This document shows positions 25,933-37,860 of a DNA stretch of 64,000 bases, one piece after another. The DNA lies in assembly GCF_006345805.1 (NCBI RefSeq), contig NC_043006.1:12152001-12216000 (forward strand), in the 5' to 3' direction. Within the stretch, counting starts at the first letter, position 1, and every line of letters starts with the position of its first letter. This stretch comes from Octopus sinensis (taxonomy: Eukaryota). The notes beneath the pieces were generated by a model. It saw only the letters and a program-made list of their open reading frames with translations. It searched no databases and was not told where the DNA came from. The translations under genes were made by a program, and so were the position numbers.

Positions 25933-26262
25933 TAAAAAAAAAAGACTCCGCCGGTTACGACGACGAGGGTCCCAGCTGATACGATCAACGGAACAGCTTG
26001 CTCGTGAAATTAACGTGCAAATGGCTGAGCATTCCACAGTCACGTGTACCCTTAACGTAGTTCTCGGGGATAATCAGCGTGACACAGAGAGTGACAAGGC
26101 TGACCCTTTGAAATACAAGTACAACTCATTTTTGCCAGCTGAGTGGACTGGAGCAACGTGAAATAAAGTGTCTTGCTCAAGGACACAACGCGTCGCCGGG
26201 AATCGAACTCACAACCTTACGATCATGAGCCGAATGCCCTAACCATTAAGCCACGCGCCCTC
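25933..26262 (-). mobile_element. tRNA-derived SINE family D carrying the family C1 3' module
   Basis: Head GAGGGCGCGTGGCTTAATGGTT..GAGTTCGATTCCC and TGTGTCCTTGAGCAAGACAC domain. A 13-bp TSD TCTTGATCCATAT lies at 25920-25932 and 26263-26275. Confidence 0.9.
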
Positions 26263-26770
26263 TCTTGATCCATATATGTAACTTCCAATAAATTTGTTGA
26301 ATATCCTTCCTTTGTTCACTCACCCGTGACCATCTTTCTTTTCTTGCAAGACGTTCTAAGGACTGGATGTTTTCTTTCTCTCTCTTCTATCTTTTCTCTT
26401 TTCAAAGAAAATATTTCTCCCAGTGTTCGCTATTTTCCTCTCGATTCTGGTCTAACGACCATCCATGTTTGTTTTTGCTCGGTTTCCTTGTATGTCTACC
26501 CTGTCCTGTTTTTGTTCCTAACCTTGATCCTCCATAAATCCCAAATTATATTTTGCTATCTATGAGAGCAACTGTCTTTGAAGACTCATATTGTCGTTGA
26601 AAGCTCAAAATGAGGAGCAGATAGACAGCCGACAACTGTGTTTACTTGTCCTGTTTTCTCTTTTTTCTCACGTTGTTTGCATATTTAACTCGTTTGTTTT
26701 CGTACTTTATGTTGTTTACACAGTTGGTGACGTCCTCTACTCATATATGCATATATATATATATATATAT

Positions 26771-26976
26771 AGTTAATCCAAACATGAAAACAGAAAGAGA
26801 AAACACAACAACGCGAGGACGTGGAACAAATATAGTATTATTGGACGCTCAGGAAGGAAGAGAAGAAGGAGGGTTTTACGTCTCGAGCGGAGCTCTTCGT
26901 CAGAAACATAGGAAAAGGAAAGATCCAGAGAAGGGAAGACGGAGGAAAAAAATCGCCAACGGTACATACGCGGTCA
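26771..26976 (-). mobile_element. Hammerhead-bearing repeat, family P1
   Basis: Minus strand 26873-26907 reads gttt-CTGACGA-A-GAGC tcc GCTC-GAGACGTA|aaac (canonical U4, A14G). Confidence 0.85.
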
Positions 26977-27080
26977 AGTCAAGCATGTTGAGAAGTAGTG
27001 AATATATATATATATACAAATATATATACATATGTCTACACATGTATATATATACATATACATATATATCTACACACACA

Positions 27081-27115
<35 letters not shown>

Positions 27116-27194
27116 GTAGCCATCCCTCCATCTATCTATATATCTGTTTATCTATCCACCAATCTACCTAACTCTACCTACATACATGCATACA

Positions 27195-27228
<34 letters not shown>

Positions 27229-27235
27229 CATACAT

Positions 27236-27266
<31 letters not shown>

Positions 27267-27541
27267 CGTACATACACATGTGCGAGTTTGCGGCTGTGTG
27301 TGTACATATATAAAAAGGGAGAGAGAGAAAGTGTCTGAAATAGGAGGGAAATAACAGAGACAGTTAGATATAAATATTCTATAAACATAGTGGTTATATA
27401 CATCTCATTTGTATATTTGTAGGCAGATTTCAATTTCAGAGCTTGTAGTTTGAACCATTGAAACCCGATAATTTTTCTCATTCATTGGTGAAAAAGGACT
27501 TGGTATATAATAGATTTAAATACATATCTTGATGCACATAC

Positions 27542-27619
<78 letters not shown>

Positions 27620-28143
27620 TATACATATATATATGTATATATGTATGTGAGTATATATATATATATGCATGTATGTATGTCTTAAACACTCACAGATACA
27701 CATACACACATGCACACACTCATACACATATATATGAACATAAAATGATACCCACATACTTATATATGTGTGACGACTCAACAAACTTTAGGAGATGCAG
27801 ACTTCGACATTTAGTACCTCCGCGAAATTTACAGTTTCTATTACGCCATCTTTCATAACCCTTTAACATCATAATCATAGCTATAACTCTGAAGCATGTT
27901 CAGGTTATATGACACAATAATGCCACCGGGGTGAATAAATAAAATCACAATTGGATTATCAGCAACAATGTGCAAGGAGATGGGAATCAATGAGGAAGAA
28001 AATGTGGGGAAAAAGCGAAGTTATTGATGAAGTAAAAATAATAATTTATTAGAACTTTTATTGCATTTTCCTTGCACAATATCTTAAATTTCAATTTTCC
28101 AACGAAGAAAAAAATATTGCATTTTTAGTAGTATAGGTAGAGC

Positions 28144-28161
28144 ATGAATGTGTGTATATAC

Positions 28162-28192
<31 letters not shown>

Positions 28193-28293
28193 ATATATAT
28201 ATATATATATTTATATGTATGTATGTATGCATGTATATATATATATATATATGTATATGTATGTATGCATGTATATATATATATATATTATAT

Positions 28294-28333
<40 letters not shown>

Positions 28334-28363
28334 TGTATATATGTATGTATGTATGTATGTATG

Positions 28364-28404
<41 letters not shown>

Positions 28405-28552
28405 GTAGTATGTATGTATGTATGTATGCATGTGTGTATATATATATATTATTATATATATATATCTGTGCGTGCTGGTGAATGTGTTGCACATTCTGTA
28501 TGTATATGTATACGCATATACATACACATATGTAAGTATTCAGATATATGTG

Positions 28553-28615
<63 letters not shown>

Positions 28616-28670
28616 ATATATATACACACATACACACACATATCCATACATATATATGCATGTATGTATG
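28144..28670. repeat. Compound (TA)n/(TATG)n/(TG)n tract
   Basis: Low-complexity run generating several spurious ORFs. Confidence 0.95.
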
Positions 28671-29361
28671 TATTTGATAACACTCGTTTCGAGATATGCT
28701 TGATACTTACAATATTTAAAAAACACAAATAATGTTTTGAAAAAAAAAATTTGAAAAAATTCATTGGGCTTGACGAATAAAGTGAAACAAATAAGGAGAA
28801 TGGGCTGCAATGCATTGGTTTTTAGTTGGAAATGTTCAAAACTGGAGACAGAGGATGAAAGAGGAATCGACAGATACAGGAACAGAGAGAGTGAGAGAAA
28901 ATTGCAGGGTAGTGAGAATTTTGAAGTGAAAGAGAAACAGTTTTAAAAAGATGCAGCCTTAAATGCATTATTTTATTATTTGGGAAATAAATACATAATG
29001 ATATTTTTCATATAGGTAGAAGAATCTCAACACATAATTACATAGTAAAATAGTAATAATGATATTTAATAGTTATTTTTGCAATGTCGTTATATTGAAT
29101 TCGTGCAGGTCGCATAATTTGACAAGTAAAGCAACAATTTTCCATTAGCATATCGCCATAATAATCGCATAAAATTATTGGATTCATGTAACTAGGAACT
29201 ACCTTTCAAATAGTTATGTTGTAAGATTGTTCGTTATCGAAGGTATTGCTGAAATTAAGCAAGACATGGCAAATTCAGTTTGACAGGCAAGTGCACTATT
29301 CTTACGGAGTGCCTAGGAAAGAAGTGAATAGTTTTGATTGTAATATATATTTTCTAATTTA

Positions 29362-29580
29362 AAGCTGATGAGCTGCCAGAATCGTTAGTGCTTCAAGCAA
29401 AATATTTACCGGCATTTTGTCCATCTTTACAATTTGAGTTCAAATTTCACCGAAGTCGACTTTAATTTCATCTTTTTGACGTTGATAAAAACAGTATCAG
29501 TTGAGGGCTGTGGTCGATGTCCTCGACTTAATCGCTTTCCCAAAATTGCTGGACTTGGGGCAAAATTTGAAACAAATATT
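29362..29580 (+). mobile_element. Diverged family A-related SINE
   Basis: GAGCTGCCAGAATCGTTAG head, GAGTTCAAATTTC, GAAGTCGACTTT core and CAAAATTTGAAAC tail. Confidence 0.75.
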
Positions 29581-29619
29581 TGTTTTCAAATTTAAACACT
29601 GCAATTGTTATTCAGTACC

Positions 29620-29775
29620 ATCGATCAAATTATTTGGTAGGTAATTTATTTCCTCCATCCCAGAATCAAAGGCAAATTTGAACTTGGTCGGATTTAAAAT
29701 TAGAATGTAAAGCTCAAGAAGAAACGCTCTATGACAGTTTTTCCGACATTCTAATGATTCTGCCAATCTACCGAC
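29620..29775 (-). mobile_element. Old family A-related SINE fragment
   Basis: Minus strand TTGGCAGAATCATTAG...AAGTTCAAATTTGCCTTTGAT. Confidence 0.5.
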
Positions 29776-29951
29776 TCCGATATCTGACTGAGTCATAAAG
29801 CCTATTGTTTTGGGGGATGTAGAGTAGCCAAATACTTGACGGATATCGTATTTTGTCAATGCGAAAAGGATGAAAATCAGAGTTGATCACCGCATGCTTG
29901 GCACCTAAAATGTAAAGAGCCTGAAGAAACACTGTACGGTATTTTAGCTGA

Positions 29952-30364
29952 CGGCGAGCTGGCAGAAACGTTAGCACGTCGGACGAATTGCGTAGCCGTA
30001 TTTCGTCTGCCGTTACGTTCTGAGTTCAAATTCCGCCGAGGTCGACTTTTCCTTTCATCCTTTCGGGGTCGATTAATTAAGTACCAGTTACGCACTGGGG
30101 TCCATGTAATCGATTTAATACCTATGTCTGTCCTTGCTTGTCCCATCTGTGTTTAGCCCCTTGTGGGTAATAAAGAAATACGTATTTCATCTGCCGTTAC
30201 GTATTTAGTTCAAATTCTGCCGAGTTCGACTTTGCCTTTCATCCTTTCGGGGTCGATAAATTAAGTACCAGTTACGCACTGGGGTCAATATAATCGACTT
30301 AATCCGTTTGTCTGTCATTGTTTGTCCTCTCTGTGTTTAGCCCCTTGTGGGTAGTAAAGAAATA
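29952..30364 (+). mobile_element. SINE family A dimer
   Basis: Head plus two bodies (second from ~30181). A 14-bp TSD GGTATTTTAGCTGA lies at 29938-29951 and 30365-30378. Confidence 0.92.
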
Positions 30365-30744
30365 GGTATTTTAGCTGATGCTCAAATGCTTCAGTTATTT
30401 GTCGCCTTTGTTTTGGTTGTACTAATGCAATAAATATGACATATAACAACTAATATAAATGGTAAAAGCTTTAGAAGATTGTTCAGTTGAAAGAATACCT
30501 GAGTGATGTTAGTGATCAGTTCTATTGGTACAATGTAAACTGCATGAAGACTTAACTACTTGAATAACATTTTGTGAAAGTAACATCGAAGTTTGTCTAT
30601 CTATGAGAACAGAAGCCATAATAAGTCTATCGAGTTCTCTGCAAGAGACATTTGAAGATGTACTCTATTGAACACAGACGTTGAATCGAACGTTTTGAGT
30701 AGGTGGGCTAAGTGTTATTGGATTAACGTTTATGTTATATTTGT

Positions 30745-31030
30745 TTCAGCCATTTGATTACGGTCATGCTGGGGCACCGCCTTGAGAGGTTGTAGTCGAT
30801 TAGACCGACACCAATACTTATTCTTAAGTCTGATGCTTATTCATCGGCCCGCTTTGCAGAATTTCTAGGTTACGGGGTCGTAAACAAACCATCTATCAAT
30901 GGGGGTGATAAACATAGATACACAAACACAAACACATATACAGAACGAGATTCCACACGGTTTCCAAAAACTGGATTCGAGCAGAAGGCATTGGCTGGCC
31001 CGAGGTTGTGGTAGTAATATATCCAAGGTA
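30745..31030 (-). mobile_element. Old SINE family B copy
   Basis: TTCAGCCATTTGATTACGGTCATGCTGGGGCACCGCC and AGGTTACGGGGTCGTAAAC align to family B. Confidence 0.65.
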
Positions 31031-31291
31031 CCGAATATTGGGAAGGAAGAGTAGGCTAATGAAGAACATTTCAATATGTAGGTTTGACAAACAGTTGGAT
31101 ACATAAAGCAAATAAAGGTTATTTTCATATTTCATATATATTTATATTATTTCAGCCATGATCTTATAAATTGCTTCAGCAGTGGCTATCAAGTTATATA
31201 TTTTCCAGTAAAACTAACACTAAGTCTTTTTAAATATCTTTCCTGAATACAGTTGAATGTGATTTAGAGAAAATTCGGATACTGATTTTAG

Positions 31292-31501
31292 CAGGTTGAA
31301 CACTTTGAGACTCTCTCGTCCCTCGTTCGTTTGGAGATTTCCAAGGGTGAGTGTTCACGATCTATATGAAAATTATTTTGTAAGTGACTGCCATATGATA
31401 AAACCATGTGTCTATTTTTTTCTGCAGGGCGGGTTTCAGTCATACGTTTCGTAGGCACTCGGAACTCTATTCCGTTTACGTCCATTCTTAAACAATTATA
31501 A
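31292..31501 (+). other. Candidate two-exon fragment around an 81-nt GT-AG intron (31347-31427)
   Basis: AAGG|GTGAGT donor, TCTATTTTTTTCTGCAG acceptor and upstream tandem TAGCAG acceptor. The spliced frame reads VEHFETLSSLVRLEISKGRVSVIRFVGTRNSIPFTSILKQL*, which I do not recognise. Confidence 0.3.
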
Positions 31502-31829
31502 GTCGATGTATGCAGGAAAGGCATACAAATGTGACTGAATCTAAGAGAGTTAATAGTCAGTGAAGAATGAGGCGGTGCTGGTGTTAGTTGGATTAGAGTG
31601 GGTAAATGTGGTACTCAGCAAAGTAGAGAAAATGTTGATGCATCTGTGTACCAGAAATTTTAATGTGTTGTTGAACACATCTTTGTTATCATGTTGTCTT
31701 CTTTCGGATGCGTTGTAATAATGGAAGAAGTAAACTGTTAGATGTGGCAGAAGTAGTCAACAGGGTTTCTTACTGAGTTTGCTAACATATCTGCAATACT
31801 TCAGATACGAATTATATTCTAACCCTAGA

Positions 31830-32063
31830 GAAGGCGGCGAGCTAGCAGAAACGTTAGCGCGTCGGGCGAAATGCTTAGCAGTATTTCGTCTGTCGTTACG
31901 TTCTAAGTTCAAATTCCGCCGAGGTCGACTTTGCCTATCATCCTTTCGGGATCGATAAATAAAGTACCAGTTCCGCACTGGGGTCGATGTAATCGACTTA
32001 ATCCCTTTGTCTGTCCTTGTTTGTCCCCTCTATGTTTAGCCCTTTGTGGGCAGTAAAGAAATA
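31830..32063 (+). mobile_element. SINE family A monomer
   Basis: A 17-bp TSD TATATTCTAACCCTAGA lies at 31813-31829 and 32064-32080. Confidence 0.93.
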
Positions 32064-33052
32064 TATATTCTAACCCTAGAAAAGATGCAAATGAGGGTTA
32101 ATGACACCGAAATATAATACAGAATAGTTAAAGGAACAGAGATGACGCTCCTACCGTGTCATTCTGATCCGCCTCAATACAGCAATCAAAACATTTTCCC
32201 AGTAATTGATATATGAATACATACATTGTTTTTGTCAGTAATTTAGCAAGAATCTCTTAAATCAATTATGGTTAGCGATGTCATCTTTCTGTGAAACACT
32301 GCATTAATTAAGTAATTAATTTTAATAATATATATCTACATATCCAGCGTGTATTTAATGTTATAACTATGTCTAGCAATTTGCATAATCGGTTTATGAA
32401 TGTAAACTTATATTTTCTTTTATCTTAACTTGATTATAGCATTTATGTTATGAGAAATCCTTTGAAATCTATCAACTTAAGATGTAGGAAATATACTCTA
32501 GAGATTTTCCTGTAAACTACTTCAATCTAATAATATAAGTTGTTATTGAAGATAGAGCTTCAGACAAGTCAAATAGACATTACAGGCATTAAATTGTCAA
32601 GAAGCAGTTTCGTTTTATCTTACCGACTGAAAATGTGCAGCAGCCTGCAAAGCGCCGTGAAACTCAACTACGTTCAATACAAGAGAAACCGCGTGTAATA
32701 AGTGCACTACTATGCACCCTGGCTCGATAAAGCACAGACGCCAGGCTGCATCTGTGTGACCGCACTTAGTAATCAGAGTAACATGATTAGTAGAACAGTT
32801 ATGGTACTAAGATTTACCGAGTGCTTCAATATTCACACTAGCTTCACAGAGAAAAGGTACCACTCTGCCTCTGTATCCTTGCAGTAATTACACCGAGTAA
32901 CATGTACAGTAGAGCAGATATGATCTGTGATTTATTAAGTGCAGAACCATGCACACTGGGATGCAACTATGCAGAGATGCAGGCTGCATTTGTGATAACG
33001 ATAATTAGTCCAAGTAACATGCTTAGTACAACAGCTATGATATATTGATATA

Positions 33053-33444
33053 CTAGCAGTATCACCCGGCGTTGCTCGGGTTAGTTTCGACCCTTTAGGA
33101 ATGGAATTTTTGAAAAAGTAAAAATTTTGCATTATGTAGCTAGCTATTCTCTTTAAGTGAACATTTTTCTTGTTGAAATACACCGAAAAATGGTAACAAA
33201 GCAGTCAGAAAATCGTAAAAGATAAGGATTTTCATAGAAAAAAAGCACCTTTTTGATGTAAATAATTTTTGGTGTTAACATGGTCCGATTTGCATTTTTC
33301 TTCTACGGAAGGAAGAGAAAGCCTTCTTCTATCATACTTTCTATTTTGGTCAACTTACGCCGCAAGGTCTCGGAGGAGATAGTGTTAGTTGAAGGCTACT
33401 AAACCTGCCATACACAGACAACTTCAGCTTTATATAGAGAGAGA
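33053..33444 (-). mobile_element. Non-autonomous Helitron-type element
   Basis: Minus strand A|TCTCTCTCTATATAAAGCTGAAGTTGT ... CCCGAGCAACGCCGGGTGATACTGCTAG|T: 5' TC, 3' hairpin plus CTAG, inserted between A and T, no TSD. Confidence 0.85.
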
Positions 33445-33940
33445 TTAAGCCACGTCTTAGAAAATAACGTGACCTATACTGAAAATATTTTGAAGATCGT
33501 GATACGACATGACCAAATTCGCTTGAAAAATTAATTAAAAGTAAATGAGATCTCTTGATGTTGTACTTATACATGGCCCGTAAATCCATAAGTTATTACA
33601 GTCATCAGAACACTGTACATTGAGATTATTATTATTAGTGCCAGATTTTATCATCTCCACCACATTTAGTATTCTCTCACTTCCTTTCTTTCTTTCACCT
33701 TTCTTCTTTCTCCCTCTATTTCTATGTGTTACACCCACATGCGTTTTACAAGTGCAAATATAATTTAATGAATACAAGAGTTATACATGAGCTACTTTAA
33801 GTTTCATGCTCAGACAGTTCAATAGACAAACCGGTTGATATACTGTACTGTGCAGGATCCAGCAAAGAGAAGAATCAGACAACATGGTTACTGAGTAAGG
33901 GAAACGAGAGCGAATGAGAAATTATATATATATCTATATA

Positions 33941-34087
33941 CCGAAGTAAGCACATAAATGTGAAACAAGGTGGAAAAAAGAGTATTCAAATACCAGAGGT
34001 AGAGTAATATGCGTTATTTAAAAGCAGCAGGACTATAACAAAAGCTGTTACTCAGAGTTTCAAGTTCCCGTTCGTCGGACAGTTTGG
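33941..34087 (-). mobile_element. Hammerhead-bearing repeat, local family P3
   Basis: Between (TA)n tracts. Minus strand 34045-34082 reads ctgt-CCGACGA-A-cgg gaa ctt-GAAACTCTGAGTA|acag (stem I 4 bp, near-palindromic stem III, weak stem II). Confidence 0.68.
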
Positions 34088-34179
<92 letters not shown>

Positions 34180-35417
34180 TATATGCATACATATATAATA
34201 TATATATGTGGTGTGTGTGTGTGTGTGTGTATGTGTCACATTACATACTATGTTCACATACTAGCAATGTTAAGAACTAGAGGTGACCTTCATATGACAA
34301 GCTCCTATAGGGCTCTATGAATAAAAAAAGTAACTTAAGCTAAGGTTTTTGGCAATGTATAGTAGTCTACAAAGCCCTATAAACAACTTAGCTTAATTTC
34401 AGAGAAATAAACATATTATGTGTAACGCTATGCACAGTGGATCGATAGCGCACAGATGTCTGCCTGACTCTGTGTGATAACTGTAATTATCCTGAGTAAT
34501 ATCGTTAAAAGAGCTGCTATGATCCTCAGATTTATTAAGTCAATACCCAGCATGTTGCGTCGATAAAGCAGAGATGTCAGGGCTACGACTGTGTAATAAT
34601 TTACGCCATCTTTAGAACACTAAAACGCCTTTTAATCGAAACTTCTTTTCACAAATAGAAATTCTTGAAGGACTGGTTACAATGACTAAGTATATTCTAT
34701 CATAAGTCTCATATGGATTCAAACTATTATCGTTGTTAAGCTCTCAGGTATGCAGAAATGTTATTACTATACAATTAACAGTAGATACTTTTAGGCAAAA
34801 CTAAGATTTCTGTCAGTGCCTCCTGTTCAGCTTTGCAAGAATTAATCTCCTCTGAAATGCTTGTCAATGGCATGTGGCACGTCTCATTCAATGGTTATAT
34901 ACGAAAGCTACAAATCCAAGCCGCCAGTGGGCGAAAAACCGACAGCTAGAAACGTAGAGTAAAGATTCACCTTCCAATAAATAATTCATAGCTGTTTCCA
35001 CAGTACAATAAATATTTGCACTCTATTGTATTTTGTAATTTTTCTTACATGCATCCTCAGTCCTACACACACACAGACGCTTACACAAATATATGTACAT
35101 ACTTACAAAACCTTACACACGCTTACGCGCACTTAAACACACACAGAGGTACGTATTAATAAGAGACAGAGTAAAGGTTATTAATATTCTTATGCTTCAA
35201 TATACAAGTGTTTCAATAAACCGACGGCTACTTTTCTTGTCATATCAGAATTTATGATATGATGTAGCTCTGCACTTTAGCTCACCCTCAGTTGTGAGGT
35301 TTCAATTCACAGTACGCAAAATATAAGTGTTTAATGAGCTCTAAACTCACTGGTAATGTGTCAGACATGCTATCGCACAGTTGATAAATGTGATGATGAT
35401 GATGATGATGATAATGA

Positions 35418-35448
<31 letters not shown>

Positions 35449-35580
35449 GTTGATAAAATATGTATATTTATATGTATGTATGTACATATGTAACTATCTG
35501 AATGTCTGTCTTCTCTCTGTATGTATGTATATGTTTGTCTCTCTGTCTATCTATCTATATATATATAAATATATATAGAT

Positions 35581-35631
<51 letters not shown>

Positions 35632-35974
35632 TGTGTGTGTGTGTGTGTATACATATGTGCATGTGTTTTTGTCCGTATCAGTGAGAGCAGGTTTGTATGT
35701 TTGACGTAACGGCTTGAATTATATATTCGGCAGAAAAGATCGAGAGAGGATATCATGAATGGTACATGAATTCGTTGAGTCAAGTTGAGTTAAGTAAATT
35801 GTTTAAATTTTCATTCCTCGTGGTAAAATTACTAAAATATGAAGTCGGCAAGCTATTGAGCTATTGGTGTTGCTATAATCGCTTGGAAGATGGATGAATA
35901 GCAGAGTCGAGCTATAATGCAAAATTATAAACAGACACACAAACACACACTCACACACACACACATACACGTAA

Positions 35975-36011
<37 letters not shown>

Positions 36012-36016
<5 letters not shown>

Positions 36017-36258
36017 AACAACGCCGGTGGTGAAGCGGCGGTGGGAGACAAACATAAATACATAGACACGCATCCACACACCTACGCACACATACACACA
36101 TATACATACACATAAATACCACGTAGGGCATCTTCCAGTGTCCGTCTATGAGATCCACTCAAAAGTTTTCGGTCCGCCCGGGGCTGTAGCAGAAAACACT
36201 TGAACAAGGTACCATGCAATGGGACTGAACCTGTGGCTGAGAAGCAAGCGTCTTACCA
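36012..36258 (-). mobile_element. Diverged SINE family B 5' part
   Basis: GTCCGTCTATGAGATCCACTC..AACAAGGTACCATGCAATGGGACTGAACC aligns to family B in reverse. Confidence 0.65.
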
Positions 36259-36420
36259 AATAAGAGTGTGTGTTTATATACATAGAAATATACTCTATTT
36301 GTTTGATGCTATCTTAGACAAGTGATTCAAACCCGAGTTTTGCATCAGTACAGTTATCAAACTTATAGTTTGATGAGTGCGACGTATGAAACTCTAGGTA
36401 TTCACTGCAAGCCTAAATAT

Positions 36421-36566
36421 TTATTTCTTTATTGCCCACAGGGGTTAAACTTAGAGGATGAAAGGCAAAGTCGACCTCGGCGGAATTTGAACTCAGAACG
36501 TTGCGGCAGACGAAATACGGCTACGTATTTCGCCCGGCGTACTAACTCTTCTGCCAGCTCGCCGCC
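36421..36566 (-). mobile_element. SINE family A with internal deletion
   Basis: Reverse-complement head, B box and core joined directly to the tail. Confidence 0.85.
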
Positions 36567-37529
36567 ATTCCAGGTCTGAAAATCGTACATTTATAGTCTT
36601 GTGCTTTGAATTTTCCATCTCACGTTTGTTCGCAGACACCAATTTGCATATACTCCCACACACATTCGCATATGATAAATGTCTGTGTAGGCATGTAGAA
36701 CGAGAGTTGTTGATGTTTTTCTTTTATAGAATATTATTATTTGATTTCATTAGTATGCTTTCTGTTTTTTCTCGATTTTTGTTTTTATCACTGCTAACTT
36801 TATATGCGTACATTAGATCTTGCTACCACATATGCTTATTTCCATGTCTTTGTTATGTAAATATAGGTGAATGTTATAGCAGCATATCGACACAATGCTT
36901 GCGTATGCTGACGTTGTCACCTACCAATTGCGTTAGTGGTTTTGTTCTGGTTTCCCGTTCCTTTAAAGCAGTAATTTATATGACTCTAATATATGTGTTT
37001 ACAAGAAATAAGCTTTTGTCTCCTCAATGAATCTTTGCTATTTCACATACTTTATTTTATGAAGAGTATGACAACAACATCTATTTTGTTTCTGAATTCG
37101 TTTTTTATTATAAGGAAAAACATTGAAAGGAAACCATTTGCATAAATCAATAATAAATAATTTACATACTTGAATAAAATTTGAGAATAAATAACATAAA
37201 CTAGCTTGCATGTATCAATTCATTCTGAACAAAGTAAAAATGAAATAAAATTTCCATTTGCGAAAAAATATATCAATACAAAAATGCAGCGATAATTTAT
37301 TTTAAAAATGCAATTATTTCATGGTCGTATATTGGCATATGCCATATCGGAACGGCGAAATTTACGATTTCAGATACGTGCAACCGTCTATTATTATGAA
37401 TCTCCTGCAATGTTTATTTGGAATTCTGCTAGCTTCGATTTTTATGTCTGTGTGTATATACGTTTCAATATTTACTTTGTAAGAGTGAATCCTACGCATA
37501 CATACGTATACATATATGCTCATGCATGT

Positions 37530-37542
37530 ATATATATATGTA

Positions 37543-37611
<69 letters not shown>

Positions 37612-37626
37612 TAGTATATATGTATA

Positions 37627-37658
<32 letters not shown>

Positions 37659-37860
37659 AATATATGTTATATATATTGTATATATGTATATATATATATA
37701 TATAGATATATGTATGTATTATATATATATATAGATATATATGTATATATATATATAGTATATGTATATATATGTATATATAGTATGTATGTATGTATGT
37801 ATATATATATATATATGCATATATATGTATATATGTATGTATGTATGTATATATATAAGC
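37530..37860. repeat. Compound (TA)n/(TATG)n tract
   Basis: Low-complexity run. Confidence 0.95.

Larger units (their letters stand above)
32700..34600. repeat. Diverged ~118-nt tandem array interrupted by later insertions
   Basis: AGTAACATG at 32777, 32896 and 33013; AGTGC at 32701, 32820 and 32938; TCGATA at 32724, 34442 and 34560. Confidence 0.7.

Noticed and set aside
26570-26632. CTGTCT-TTGAAGA-CTCAT...ATGAG...AGACAG as a hammerhead
   Set aside because: Stems are suggestive, but no GAAA or UH triplet is in register.
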